Program-made: the position numbers and the translations under genes
NCBI GenBank assembly: GCA_963841015.1
Contig: CAWJAX010000003.1
Location: forward strand, 288,001-352,000
Direction of reading: 5' to 3'
DNA: 64,000 nt
DNA from: an uncultured Methanoregulaceae archaeon
GTDB lineage: Archaea > Halobacteriota > Methanomicrobia > Methanomicrobiales > Methanospirillaceae
The notes under the pieces: model-generated
Databases searched by the model: none
Told to the model about the DNA's origin: nothing
What the model saw: only the letters and a program-made list of their open reading frames with translations
Part shown: positions 41,777 to 50,949 of the stretch, in pieces
How the letters are laid out: every line of letters starts with the position of its first letter
How positions within the stretch are numbered: position 1 is the stretch's first letter

Positions 41777-42913
41777 ATGAAAAAGAACGATTATGGTCCA
41801 ATCCCTGGTTCAACGATTTTTCGCGGCATTTCCGGCCAGAAAACAATTATCATGGCGGCAAATACGCGGATTGCAACGGTGGCACAGGGTATTTTCAAAG
41901 CCGCAAAGGAGACTGATTCCGCAGTATTCATGGAACTTGCCAGGTCAGAATGTGACCTGAAAGGGGGATATACCGGTTTAACGCCGAAGGATTTCTCAGC
42001 AAAGATGAGAGAAGCTGCAAAGGCGGCGCAGTTTGATATCTGGGCTCTGCATGCAGACCATATTACGATAAAAACGGGAGAACCCGTAGAGATAGAGAGC
42101 ACAAAACAGTTAATCGATGCCCAGATTCAGGCAGGATACACCTCATTTGCCATTGACGCCTCTCATCTTTTCAATTTTGAAGGTAAAACTGTCAGGCAGG
42201 AACTGGATAAAAATATCACGGCAACCTCAGACCTGGCTCTCTATATTAAGAACAGGATGAAAAGCAAGGATTTCGGTCTGGAAGTGGAGGTTGGGGAAAT
42301 AGGAAGAAAAGATGGTCACGGGATGATCCTCACAAAACCCGAAGAAGCTGTTGAATTCATTAAAGCCCTGCAGGAAAACGATGTCTATCCCCAGGTGCTG
42401 GCAATTGCCAATGGAAGCACGCATGGGCATGTGTACGATGATCAGGGGAATGTGATCGAACAACTTTCCATTGATATCCCTCAAACGAAGGCAGTTGCAC
42501 AAGCCCTGCGGGAGAACAACCTGCATGTTGGCATCGCTCAGCATGGGATAACCGGAACCCCCCGGGATCTCATTAACCAGCATTTCCCGAAAGGGGATAT
42601 CATCAAAGGAAATGTAGGGACGTTCTGGCAGGACGTCGTTTTCTCAACACTGAAGGTGTACGAACCTGCACTGTATAAAGACATCCGGGAATGGACACTG
42701 GAAAAATACCGTCCCGCAAATACCGGGAAAAAAGACAGCCAGATATTTGACGGGAATTGCAAGTTTGCGATCAAAGAATTTTTCAAAGAGATTTATTCGG
42801 TAGAGGAAGGCACTGAACAGGCAATCAGGGCTATGGCCTATGCTGAAAGCCTTGTCTTTTTCAAAGCGTTCAGTTCGTATGGGTCAGCCTCCCGGGTCAG
42901 GAAGATCCTCTAG
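41777..42913 (+). CDS. fba: Class II fructose-bisphosphate aldolase
   Basis: LHADH, GYTSFAIDASH, EVEVGEIG, AIANGSTHG, AQHGITG and KGNVGT motifs. Confidence 0.88.
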   Translation: MKKNDYGPIPGSTIFRGISGQKTIIMAANTRIATVAQGIFKAAKETDSAVFMELARSECDLKGGYTGLTPKDFSAKMREAAKAAQFDIWALHADHITIKTGEPVEIESTKQLIDAQIQAGYTSFAIDASHLFNFEGKTVRQELDKNITATSDLALYIKNRMKSKDFGLEVEVGEIGRKDGHGMILTKPEEAVEFIKALQENDVYPQVLAIANGSTHGHVYDDQGNVIEQLSIDIPQTKAVAQALRENNLHVGIAQHGITGTPRDLINQHFPKGDIIKGNVGTFWQDVVFSTLKVYEPALYKDIREWTLEKYRPANTGKKDSQIFDGNCKFAIKEFFKEIYSVEEGTEQAIRAMAYAESLVFFKAFSSYGSASRVRKIL

Positions 42914-42966
42914 GGAACCAACGTAACTTTTTTCTTCTGCAGAGAGATTCTATACTGTGATTTCTC

Positions 42967-44067
42967 ATGCCGAAGACCACGATTTCTGTAATTAAGGCGG
43001 ATGTGGGAAGTTTCCCCGGGCACTCCCGTACCCACCCGAAGCTTCTGGAAAAGGCAGCAAAGATGCTCAAGGATGAGGAAGGTAAACTGCTCATCGACTC
43101 CTTTGTCACCCACTGTGGTGATGACCTTGAACTGATCATGACTCATACCCATGGCGTGGACAATGAAAAAATCCACAGGCTCGCATGGGATGTCTTTCTG
43201 GAATGCACAAAAATCGCAAAAAGTATGAAGCTGTATGGCGCCGGGCAGGATATGCTCGCCGATGCATTTTCCGGCAATGTTAAGGGTATGGGTCCTGGTG
43301 TTGCCGAGATGGAGTTTGAAGAACGAGGCAGTGATCCTGTTCTTGTATTCATGGCGGACAAGACCGAGCCGGGCGCGTGGAACTTCTTCCTTTACAAGAT
43401 CTTTGCCGACCCTTTCAACACGTCCGGGCTGGTAATTGATCCCTCGATGCATAAGGGCTTTGTCTTTGAGGTGCACGATCTGGTTGAAAAGCGCCGTATC
43501 ATGTTCAAGTGCCCGGAGGAGATCTATAATCTCCTTGCATACATTGGTGCCCCGTCACGCTACGTGATCAAGCATGTGTTCAAACGGGAGGGGGACATTG
43601 CTGCTTCAACCAGTACCCAGCGTCTGAGTCTGATTGCGGGACGGTACGTTGGTAAAGATGATCCGGTTATGATTGTCCGTTCCCAGAGCGGTTTTCCCGC
43701 TGTCGGTGAAGTGATCGAACCGTTCTGCATACCGGTCCTTGTTGCCGGATGGATGCGTGGATCCCATCATGGCCCGTTCATGCCGGTCGGACTGTGCGAT
43801 GCCAACTGTACCCGGTTTGACGGCCCGCCCCGGGTCATTTGTATGGGTTTCCAGATTAATAATGGCAAGCTCATTGGTCCTGCAGATATGTTTGATGATA
43901 TAGGGTTCGATCATGTGCGGGCACGGTGCAATGAAATTGCTGATCTCATGCGGGCCCAGGGACCATTCGAGCCGCACCGCCTCTCACTTGGGGAGATGGA
44001 ATATACCACCCTTCCGGGTGTTGAAAAGGAACTTTCGAAGCGCTGGGAGCCAATTCCCCAGAAATAG
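42967..44067 (+). CDS. fbp: Bifunctional fructose-1,6-bisphosphate aldolase/phosphatase (class V FBPase)
   Basis: ISVIKADVG, GDDLEL, LYGAGQD, GNVKGMGPG, DKTEPGAWN, YVGKDDP, GWMRGSH and MEYT motifs. Confidence 0.95.
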   Translation: MPKTTISVIKADVGSFPGHSRTHPKLLEKAAKMLKDEEGKLLIDSFVTHCGDDLELIMTHTHGVDNEKIHRLAWDVFLECTKIAKSMKLYGAGQDMLADAFSGNVKGMGPGVAEMEFEERGSDPVLVFMADKTEPGAWNFFLYKIFADPFNTSGLVIDPSMHKGFVFEVHDLVEKRRIMFKCPEEIYNLLAYIGAPSRYVIKHVFKREGDIAASTSTQRLSLIAGRYVGKDDPVMIVRSQSGFPAVGEVIEPFCIPVLVAGWMRGSHHGPFMPVGLCDANCTRFDGPPRVICMGFQINNGKLIGPADMFDDIGFDHVRARCNEIADLMRAQGPFEPHRLSLGEMEYTTLPGVEKELSKRWEPIPQK

Positions 44068-44192
44068 GTTTTTCTGGCGTATTCCAGACTGCATTTTTTA
44101 CTCCGAACAGCACAGGATCTGCATAAGACGGGAGCGTACAGAACCGGAGTAATGAGCAAACTTTAATTATCTTACATCCCAAATTAGGGCAG

Positions 44193-44432
44193 ATGGTTAA
44201 CGGAATTGTTTTGCCGATAAAAAAAGTGTTTGGCCTTGTGGATTCAAAAATATCTGTCGAGATCAAAGACGAAGGCCGGAAACTGCAGGGGCGTCTCGTT
44301 GCTGTGGATGAGTACCTGAATATTCATATGGATGAAACGATTGAGTTTATTGATAACCAGCGGGGAAGAAGCCTTGGTACTGTCGTAATCAGGGGCAATA
44401 ATATTCTTACCATTGCACCGGTTATCGGATGA
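44193..44432 (+). CDS. Sm-like (LSm) RNA-binding protein
   Basis: Sm1 GRLVAVDEYLNIHM and Sm2 LGTVVIRGNNI. Confidence 0.93.
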   Translation: MVNGIVLPIKKVFGLVDSKISVEIKDEGRKLQGRLVAVDEYLNIHMDETIEFIDNQRGRSLGTVVIRGNNILTIAPVIG

Positions 44433-44791
44433 TGAAAAAGGTGGACAGCGTGGAAGATCCTGTTGATGAAGCACTGAAACTGATCCAGTCGAAACCAGAA
44501 GGCATTCTCCAGAGTGAGCTCTGGAAAGAACTGGGCGTAGACAGCCGGAAATGCTCCCGGATTGTCAAAAAGCTAGAAGATAGTGGACTCATTGACAGGA
44601 CCGAGTTCAAGAAAGACGGGATCAAGACGTACCTTCTGCATGCCAAACAGATGCCGGTGAATCCTGCGCACCTGCTTGCAGGAGATGAGCTGATACCCTG
44701 CATAAGCTGTGAACTTGAGTGCATCGTTGAGGAATGTCATCCCCTTATGGACTGGATGTACCAGCTGGCGATTGTCCAGCATACGGAATAG
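44429..44791 (+). CDS. TFE-beta / RPC34-like winged-helix protein with C-terminal Cys cluster
   Basis: GILQSELWKELGVDSRKCSRIVKKLE winged helix plus PCISCELECIVEECHPLMDW; coupled to the Sm gene. Confidence 0.75.
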   Translation: MMKKVDSVEDPVDEALKLIQSKPEGILQSELWKELGVDSRKCSRIVKKLEDSGLIDRTEFKKDGIKTYLLHAKQMPVNPAHLLAGDELIPCISCELECIVEECHPLMDWMYQLAIVQHTE

Positions 44792-44872
44792 ACCTTCTTT
44801 TTTTCTGGCGATTTGTCGCTTCGTTTCGATATGCTCAATACCCACAACGTGAACACTTTTCCTGACAATCAT

Positions 44873-45367
44873 ATGAACAAGTTCAAGATTTCGCTCCTGC
44901 TCCAATGCCTTGTATTTTTAATACCCGTGAACATTTACGTCATTGGAGATTGGCTGGGTACCGGTGTGCAGTGGGTGCTGTTCCGGTACCAGCAAACGTA
45001 CCTGGGGAATAGCCTGATTCTCATAACCAGAGAGATTACCTTTGTTCTTTCCGGAACGATTGGCGGAAGGAGTGCAATCTCTATCACCCTCTGGGCGATC
45101 GGAGTTCTCCTGTTTATCATTGCAACATTCCTGGTTATTCTTGCAAACGTCAAAAAGGATTTCCCGCTGATAAAAAAAGCATCGTTTTTTACGATAGCCG
45201 GAGGGATAATTATTGCTGTATCTATCCTCTTCCGGTATGGCTTCCTGCTCAGCGGCCCATCAGGATTTGCTCTTCCCGTAGGGATTCCGATCATCCTCAT
45301 CATAGGATGGTGGATGTACCAGGAAGCGGATAATGAAACGGATGATGACAATTCTGGTCCTGAATAA
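44873..45367 (+). CDS. Hypothetical membrane protein
   Basis: Four hydrophobic helices and an acidic tail. Confidence 0.65.
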   Translation: MNKFKISLLLQCLVFLIPVNIYVIGDWLGTGVQWVLFRYQQTYLGNSLILITREITFVLSGTIGGRSAISITLWAIGVLLFIIATFLVILANVKKDFPLIKKASFFTIAGGIIIAVSILFRYGFLLSGPSGFALPVGIPIILIIGWWMYQEADNETDDDNSGPE

Positions 45368-45507
45368 AAATGTAAGGAGTAATAAAAGATTTTTTATGGG
45401 GGTGAGTATTCTTCTCCTGATAAAAAAATTATCGGACAACTATTTATCGCTCTACTATCCACCTCATATGAGTGAACAACCCACGATTTCCTTAAAAGAG
45501 ATCCACC

Positions 45508-47187
45508 ATGATTTCTGTTTTATATGTCGATGACAATTCTGATCTTTTCGGGCAGATCCGCTCTTTTTTAGAAAAGGCCGGAGATATCAGGATCGACAAC
45601 GCCCATTCCATAAAACAGGCGTTGGAAAAAATCAAAGGCCGGACTTATGACGTAATCATTTCCTACGAGCAGATCCCTGAAGTTAACGGTATTGAATTCA
45701 TGTCTGACATGAATGGGATTGAATTTTTACAGTACCTCAAATCAATAGGAAACACAGCACCGGTTATTCTGCTCTGCCGACGGGGAAATAATAAAATCGC
45801 TGTTGAGGAAGTCACCAATGCGACCGAGATCACTATTCCAAAAAGTGGTGATATCCGTCCGAATCTTCTGGAAATGGTCACGGTGATCAAGCAGACCATG
45901 CTCCGAAAAAAAGCGGAACGGGAGATAAAGGTGCAGAACGAACAACTTACCGCCATCCTTTCCGCAACACCTCTTGGCATATTTCAGGTACGCAACCATC
46001 TCATGACCTGGGTGAACCAGCAATTTTCTGAAATGCTCGGTTATGAAGAATCATACCTGGTTGGTAAAGAAATGGGTAGTATTTTTAAAACACCTGAAGA
46101 CTTCGATCTGGTATGCCATCAGCTCCAGGTCAAGCGCAGCTCCCGGGTTTTTGCTTGACAGAATGCAACCTTCTGAAAAAAAATAATTCGACCCTCGCAT
46201 GCCAGCTGCAGGCACAGATGGTTGACCCGCGGGATATCGGTAAAGGCGGGACATTTGTTGTAACTGACATATCGGAGAGGAAGAAAATTGCTGATGCGCT
46301 CAAAGAGAGTGAGGCAAAGTACCGGGAAGTTCTCCAGAATACCCAGAGCATCATTATCAGGATGGATACCTCGGGAAATATCACCTTCTTTAATCATTTT
46401 GCACTCTCATTCTTTGATTATTCCAGTGAAGAAGTGATCGGGAAGAACGTTGTAGGGACCATTGTTCCACAAAAAGCCCGCTCCGGTCATGATCTGTCCA
46501 TGATGGCAAATGATCTCGGGTTTAATGCTGAAGGCTATGCTGTCAACGTGAGCGAGAATGTCCGTCGCAACGGCGACCGGGTCTGGATTGCATGGATAAA
46601 TAAGGCAATCCGTGATGAAAAAGGCCATATCATTGAAATCCTGTGCATTGGCAACGATATTACCGATCGAAGGCGGAAAGGGGAGGTCCGTATCAGTACC
46701 TGATACGTGGAAGGACATCGTAATTGCCGAAACCGATGTTAAAGAGGAAGTGTTTGACGCTGTCTTCCACATAAGCACTGAAATTTCTATCGAGGGGAGG
46801 GAAGGAAAATCTGTTGGTACCACATTTCTGATCGGAGATGCGGATAATGTCATGGCAAAATCGCGACAGATATCGCTGAATGCATTTGAAGGGCAGAAAC
46901 CTGAATCACGCTGTATTACCAATCAGGATATCAAGGAAAACATCAAGGAATTTGCCCAGCTTGACGGGGCCTTTGTGATTGACGGTGACGGGTATATCCG
47001 GGCGCAGAGTCGCTATATCACCGTTGATACCAGTAATGTTACCCTCCCAAAAGGTATGGGAACCCGTCACAACTCAGTTGCGGCAATGACTCAGGTCACC
47101 AATACCGTTGGCATCGTAGTTTCCCAAAGTGGCGGGGGAATCACCATCTTCAAAAACGGCTTAATTCTCAAAAAAATTACGCTCTGA
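45508..47187 (+). CDS. Pseudo-REC-PAS-PAS-DAC diadenylate cyclase (559 aa reconstructed; two compensating 1-nt indels)
   Basis: ISVLYVDD receiver, two PAS domains (VNQQFSEMLGY; FFNHFALSFFDYSSEEVIGKNV) and a DAC domain (EGREGKSVGT, AQLDGAFVI, GMGTRHNS, VSQSGG). Indels at ~46146 and ~46700; first and last frames are identical. Confidence 0.85.
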
Positions 47188-47262
47188 TACTTCTGCGTTC
47201 CTGCCACAGGAAAACAGTTTTTTTAAAAAATACAGTCCACTGTGAAAAATCGAAAAAAAGAT

Positions 47263-47567
47263 AAGAGTGACGCTTCGCTACAAGTGGATCCCCTGCGCGA
47301 TGTTCGTGGGTCCCGGTCTGGAGCCCGTCCTCCCATAAGGGAGGCTATCATGCCTCACTCCATCTCTTTTTGGGGGGGGTGAGTGAAAAGGGGGAGTCGT
47401 TCTCCTTCCACAATGCCTCTAACGGACGCACCGAAGATTTCTGGAGCTCGATCCTTGCGTTCTCGTCCAAACATATCACCTTGGCGGATTTTATGGATCG
47501 GCCTCCCTGGTGGGGCACAAACCACCGAATCTGACAGGTATTATTCGATCAATCCAATGACACTCTT
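47263..47567 (+). ncRNA. Candidate structured non-coding RNA (~305 nt), family not recognised
   Basis: Ends pair (AAGAGTG / CACTCTT) and at least 6 internal hairpins are present; G-U pairs favour the + strand. GC-rich segment with an A/T-rich left flank. Confidence 0.5.
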
Positions 47568-47579
47568 CCCTCTACTTCC

Positions 47580-49664
47580 CTATCTTGAATGTTTTGCATG
47601 ACGACAGTTTTTTCCATGATACTCTTCCCAGCAGATATGATGACAGACATTTCCTACTGCTTTGAACGCATCCTCAAGATCCGGGAAATTCGGGATCCCT
47701 GCATCCCGGAGTATGCGCAGTGGCGTCTTCATGGAATCACCGCCGATCATACATCCCACGATCATCTTGTGGGTGCTTTTTGAGAACCGCACCAGTTCAT
47801 TTGCAACGCGTACCGGATCTGATATTGCTGATGGCACTGCAATCACAAAAGCAATGTCCCAGGCATCCTGGTTTTTTATCATAACGTCAAAGGTCCTGGC
47901 AAACCGGTCAGCTGATGCATCACCTACCATGTCAATCGGGTTCTGCCGGTTCCAGTCAGCCGGCAGGATGATATCCAGTTCTTCAAGGATCACTTTGGGG
48001 AACTCCACCAGTTCTATACCGAATATTTCTGCATAATCTGATGATAAGACCGCAAATCCCCCTGCATTACTGATTACAATGGCACGGATTCCTTTGGGAT
48101 ATCCTTCAGATGACAGAAGTTCTGCTGTCTGAAATGCTTCACGCATGGATCGTACGGGTATTATTCCGGACTCCCAGAATGCTGCCATATATACTTCGAA
48201 ACTGCCGGCAAGGGATCCGGTATGGGAAGCTGCGGTCATCTGACCAATCCGGGATGAACCCGATTTGATTGCGACAACAGGTTTTTTTGCGGTGATCCCG
48301 CGGGCAATCTCCATGAACCGTTTTCCATTTCTGATCTCCTCAATGTACAGGATTATCGCCCGGGTATGGGGGTCATTGCCGGCATACACCAAAAAATCCT
48401 CAAAACAGAGATCTGCCTGGTTACCAATACTGATTACTGCAGAAAAACCGATTTCTTCGGGCAGGCTCCAGTCAACAATAGTTGAAATGATGGCACCACT
48501 CTGGGAGATGAAGGCAATTTTGCCGGGTTTTGGTGTTATCGGGTCAAACGTGGTATTAATTCCCTGGTGGGGCAGCATGAGGCCCAGGCAGTTCGGGCCC
48601 ATAATCCGCAGGTTAAAGCGTTTTGCAATAGTGAGCACCTGCTGTTCAAGTTCCGCCCCAGCGTTTCCTGACTCCCGAAAACCGGATGAGATGATGATGA
48701 CAAGGGGGACACCTTTTTCCCCGGCTTCCTCAACGATTTTTGGGACAAAACGCGCTGGAACTACGATGACGGCAATATCGACAGGATCAGGAATTGAGGC
48801 AAGTTCAGGGTATACCGTGCGCCCGAGAATTTTTCCGTGTCGGGGATTTACCGGATAGAGTTTTCCGGGAAATGCAAGGAGGTTGCGAAGGACTGCATAC
48901 CCGACCTTATTGGGTTCAGGAGTTGCTCCGATCAAGGCAATAGACCTGGCGTTCAGGATCTCCGGGAGCAAAGAGTGGGGCTGCTGTGCGGGTATCTCGT
49001 CAATAACATCGGTACTGAAGATCCGGGCATCTACTACACAAGCTCCTTTTTCGTATAAAAAAACCGGATTGAGATCAAATTCCACAATAGTGGGACTCTG
49101 GATAAAAAAACGTGCCACCTGGTCAATCAGCGAAATAAGTCCTTCCTTATCCCGTGCCGGTTCATTGCGAAATCCTGTAATCAAAGGGTATGCTTGCAGT
49201 TCCTGGAGCATCGCATCGATATCCTCAGTTGTGACCGGAAGCACCCGGATTGAGAGATCCCGGATGAGTTCGACATGCGTCCCCCCCATCCCGACAGTAA
49301 TTACCTTTCCAAAGGTTGGATCCGTCTTTCCCCCGACAAGGATCTCCAGTCCCGTTTCTTTTTGCTGTTCGATAATAAAACCAGAAATGATTGCGGAGGG
49401 ATCAAATGCTTTCACCTTGTGTAAAAGGGTATCAAATGCTGTTTCTGCATCTGCACTCGACCGGATACCGGTAAAAACACCTCCCGCATCGCTTTTATGG
49501 ATTACCTGGGGAGAGATGACCTTCATAACCAGCGGATATCCCAGCTGATCGGCAGCTTTTGCCACTTCCTGCCGGGTTCTTACAACCGTAAACTCAGGGA
49601 CCGGTATACCCTGTTTTTTCAGCAATTCATATCCTTTTGCTTCTGAAAGCATCGTGCGGGTCAT
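47580..49664 (-). CDS. acdAB: Acetate--CoA ligase (ADP-forming), beta-alpha fused
   Basis: ATP-grasp (HKSDAGGV, DLNPV), then CoA-binding domain (YPVNP, GPNCLG, SQSGA, ASHTGSLAG, NAGG, NPIDMVGDA). Confidence 0.92.
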   Translation of the reverse strand: MTRTMLSEAKGYELLKKQGIPVPEFTVVRTRQEVAKAADQLGYPLVMKVISPQVIHKSDAGGVFTGIRSSADAETAFDTLLHKVKAFDPSAIISGFIIEQQKETGLEILVGGKTDPTFGKVITVGMGGTHVELIRDLSIRVLPVTTEDIDAMLQELQAYPLITGFRNEPARDKEGLISLIDQVARFFIQSPTIVEFDLNPVFLYEKGACVVDARIFSTDVIDEIPAQQPHSLLPEILNARSIALIGATPEPNKVGYAVLRNLLAFPGKLYPVNPRHGKILGRTVYPELASIPDPVDIAVIVVPARFVPKIVEEAGEKGVPLVIIISSGFRESGNAGAELEQQVLTIAKRFNLRIMGPNCLGLMLPHQGINTTFDPITPKPGKIAFISQSGAIISTIVDWSLPEEIGFSAVISIGNQADLCFEDFLVYAGNDPHTRAIILYIEEIRNGKRFMEIARGITAKKPVVAIKSGSSRIGQMTAASHTGSLAGSFEVYMAAFWESGIIPVRSMREAFQTAELLSSEGYPKGIRAIVISNAGGFAVLSSDYAEIFGIELVEFPKVILEELDIILPADWNRQNPIDMVGDASADRFARTFDVMIKNQDAWDIAFVIAVPSAISDPVRVANELVRFSKSTHKMIVGCMIGGDSMKTPLRILRDAGIPNFPDLEDAFKAVGNVCHHICWEEYHGKNCRHAKHSR

Positions 49665-49918
49665 GGCATCAGTTTCCCTGTAGGTATAGCCGTTTCGTAG
49701 GATATGAGGGTTTTTAAAATAAACGGAATAAATCCCGCTTGCATCCGCGCAGTCACCCTCTTTCAACTGACCTGCCTTATTGATTCAGGTGAACATATTA
49801 TGAATTCTCCAAAACCTGAAATAACAGGCTCTCACGGTCCGTGACGGAATAACCGTGAATATTTCCCATCTATTACAAGCATAAAGTTAATAATATTCTA
49901 TGACCATCAGTAATCACA

Positions 49919-50475
49919 ATGCATATTCCCACCCCAGAAGAGACTCCGTGCCCGCCGTGAAGCACTCGGTATGAAACAGACTGAACTTGCAAAACGCGCC
50001 GGCATCAGCCAATCAATGGTCGCACGGATTGAAGCGGGAAATGTAGATCCCCGGATAAGTACCTTATCCAAAATTATTGTAGTTCTGAATAGCGCTGAGC
50101 CAAAAAAGATCAGGGCAGCACAGATAATGCATACGCCGGTTCTTTGTGTCCAGCCTCAGGATGCGATTACCCGTGCGGTAGAGATCTTTGAAAAGAATAA
50201 TATCTCTCAGCTCGCCGGTAATCGAACGGGGAGTGCCGGTAGGATGTATTTCTGAAACTGTGATCGTAAAGGCGATTGAACAACAGCGCCTGCACAAGAC
50301 ACACCTCTTTTTTGTCCGTGACTTTATGGAACCGGGATTTCCCACAGTACCGCCCGATATGGATGTGGAAACAGTGATAAATATCCTGCAGCAGAACCAT
50401 GCGGTACTTGTTGTCGAGGGCAGGGTAGTGAGGGGCGTGATTACCAAGCACGACCTTATCTCATTGATTGTATAA
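49919..50475 (+). CDS. HTH-CBS domain transcriptional regulator (two 1-nt frameshifts)
   Basis: MHIPTPEELRARREALGMKQTELAKRAGISQSMVARIEAGNVDPR plus a CBS pair (ISQLPVI...GVITKHDL); indels at ~49943 and ~50213. Confidence 0.85.
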
Positions 50476-50581
50476 CTTCTTTTTTTACCTCACAGATGCA
50501 AGAACCATCAGCCATGTGTCCATTATCGAAGAAAAATCCTGTGACAGGGGTGTGTTGCATCCATTGAACTTAGTAATATCT

Positions 50582-50853
50582 GGCAGCAGCGATCACAGTA
50601 AAGGGAGTAGTAGGGAGAAAATGTAATATCATACCTGAATAGCTCAATTTTCCGGGAAAATGCTCATTTACCAGCTATTCGCTAAACGGGAATTTCACCC
50701 TCGCCGCTATGACTCCCCCGATGCGATAATCCCCCGAACAGGTGCAATATCATCCTCGCTCAGCGCAGGGGCGGGATGGGGTCAGTCACTGTCCCCTCCT
50801 TAATCGTGCCAGCATCCTGAATTTCATATCAAGGGTTAAGGAATTCTCAAGAG
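50582..50853 (-). repeat. Dispersed MITE-like repeat, copy R5: modules A-B, inverted
   Basis: Reverse complement matches the A-B part of R3/R6; ends TTCTCAAGAG. Confidence 0.88.
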
Positions 50854-50949
50854 CCGTTTTTTTTTATTGAATACAAAAATTGTAGTGGCAACACACCCCA
50901 TCCACAAACATGTTATTCCTCTGATTGAAACTCTGTTCAAGGTACTTCC

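Noticed and set aside
47263-47567. Identification as SRP RNA, RNase P RNA or tmRNA
   Set aside because: The size fits, but the helix-8 SRP motif, the RNase P P4 motifs and a tRNA-like acceptor/T-arm are not visible on either strand.
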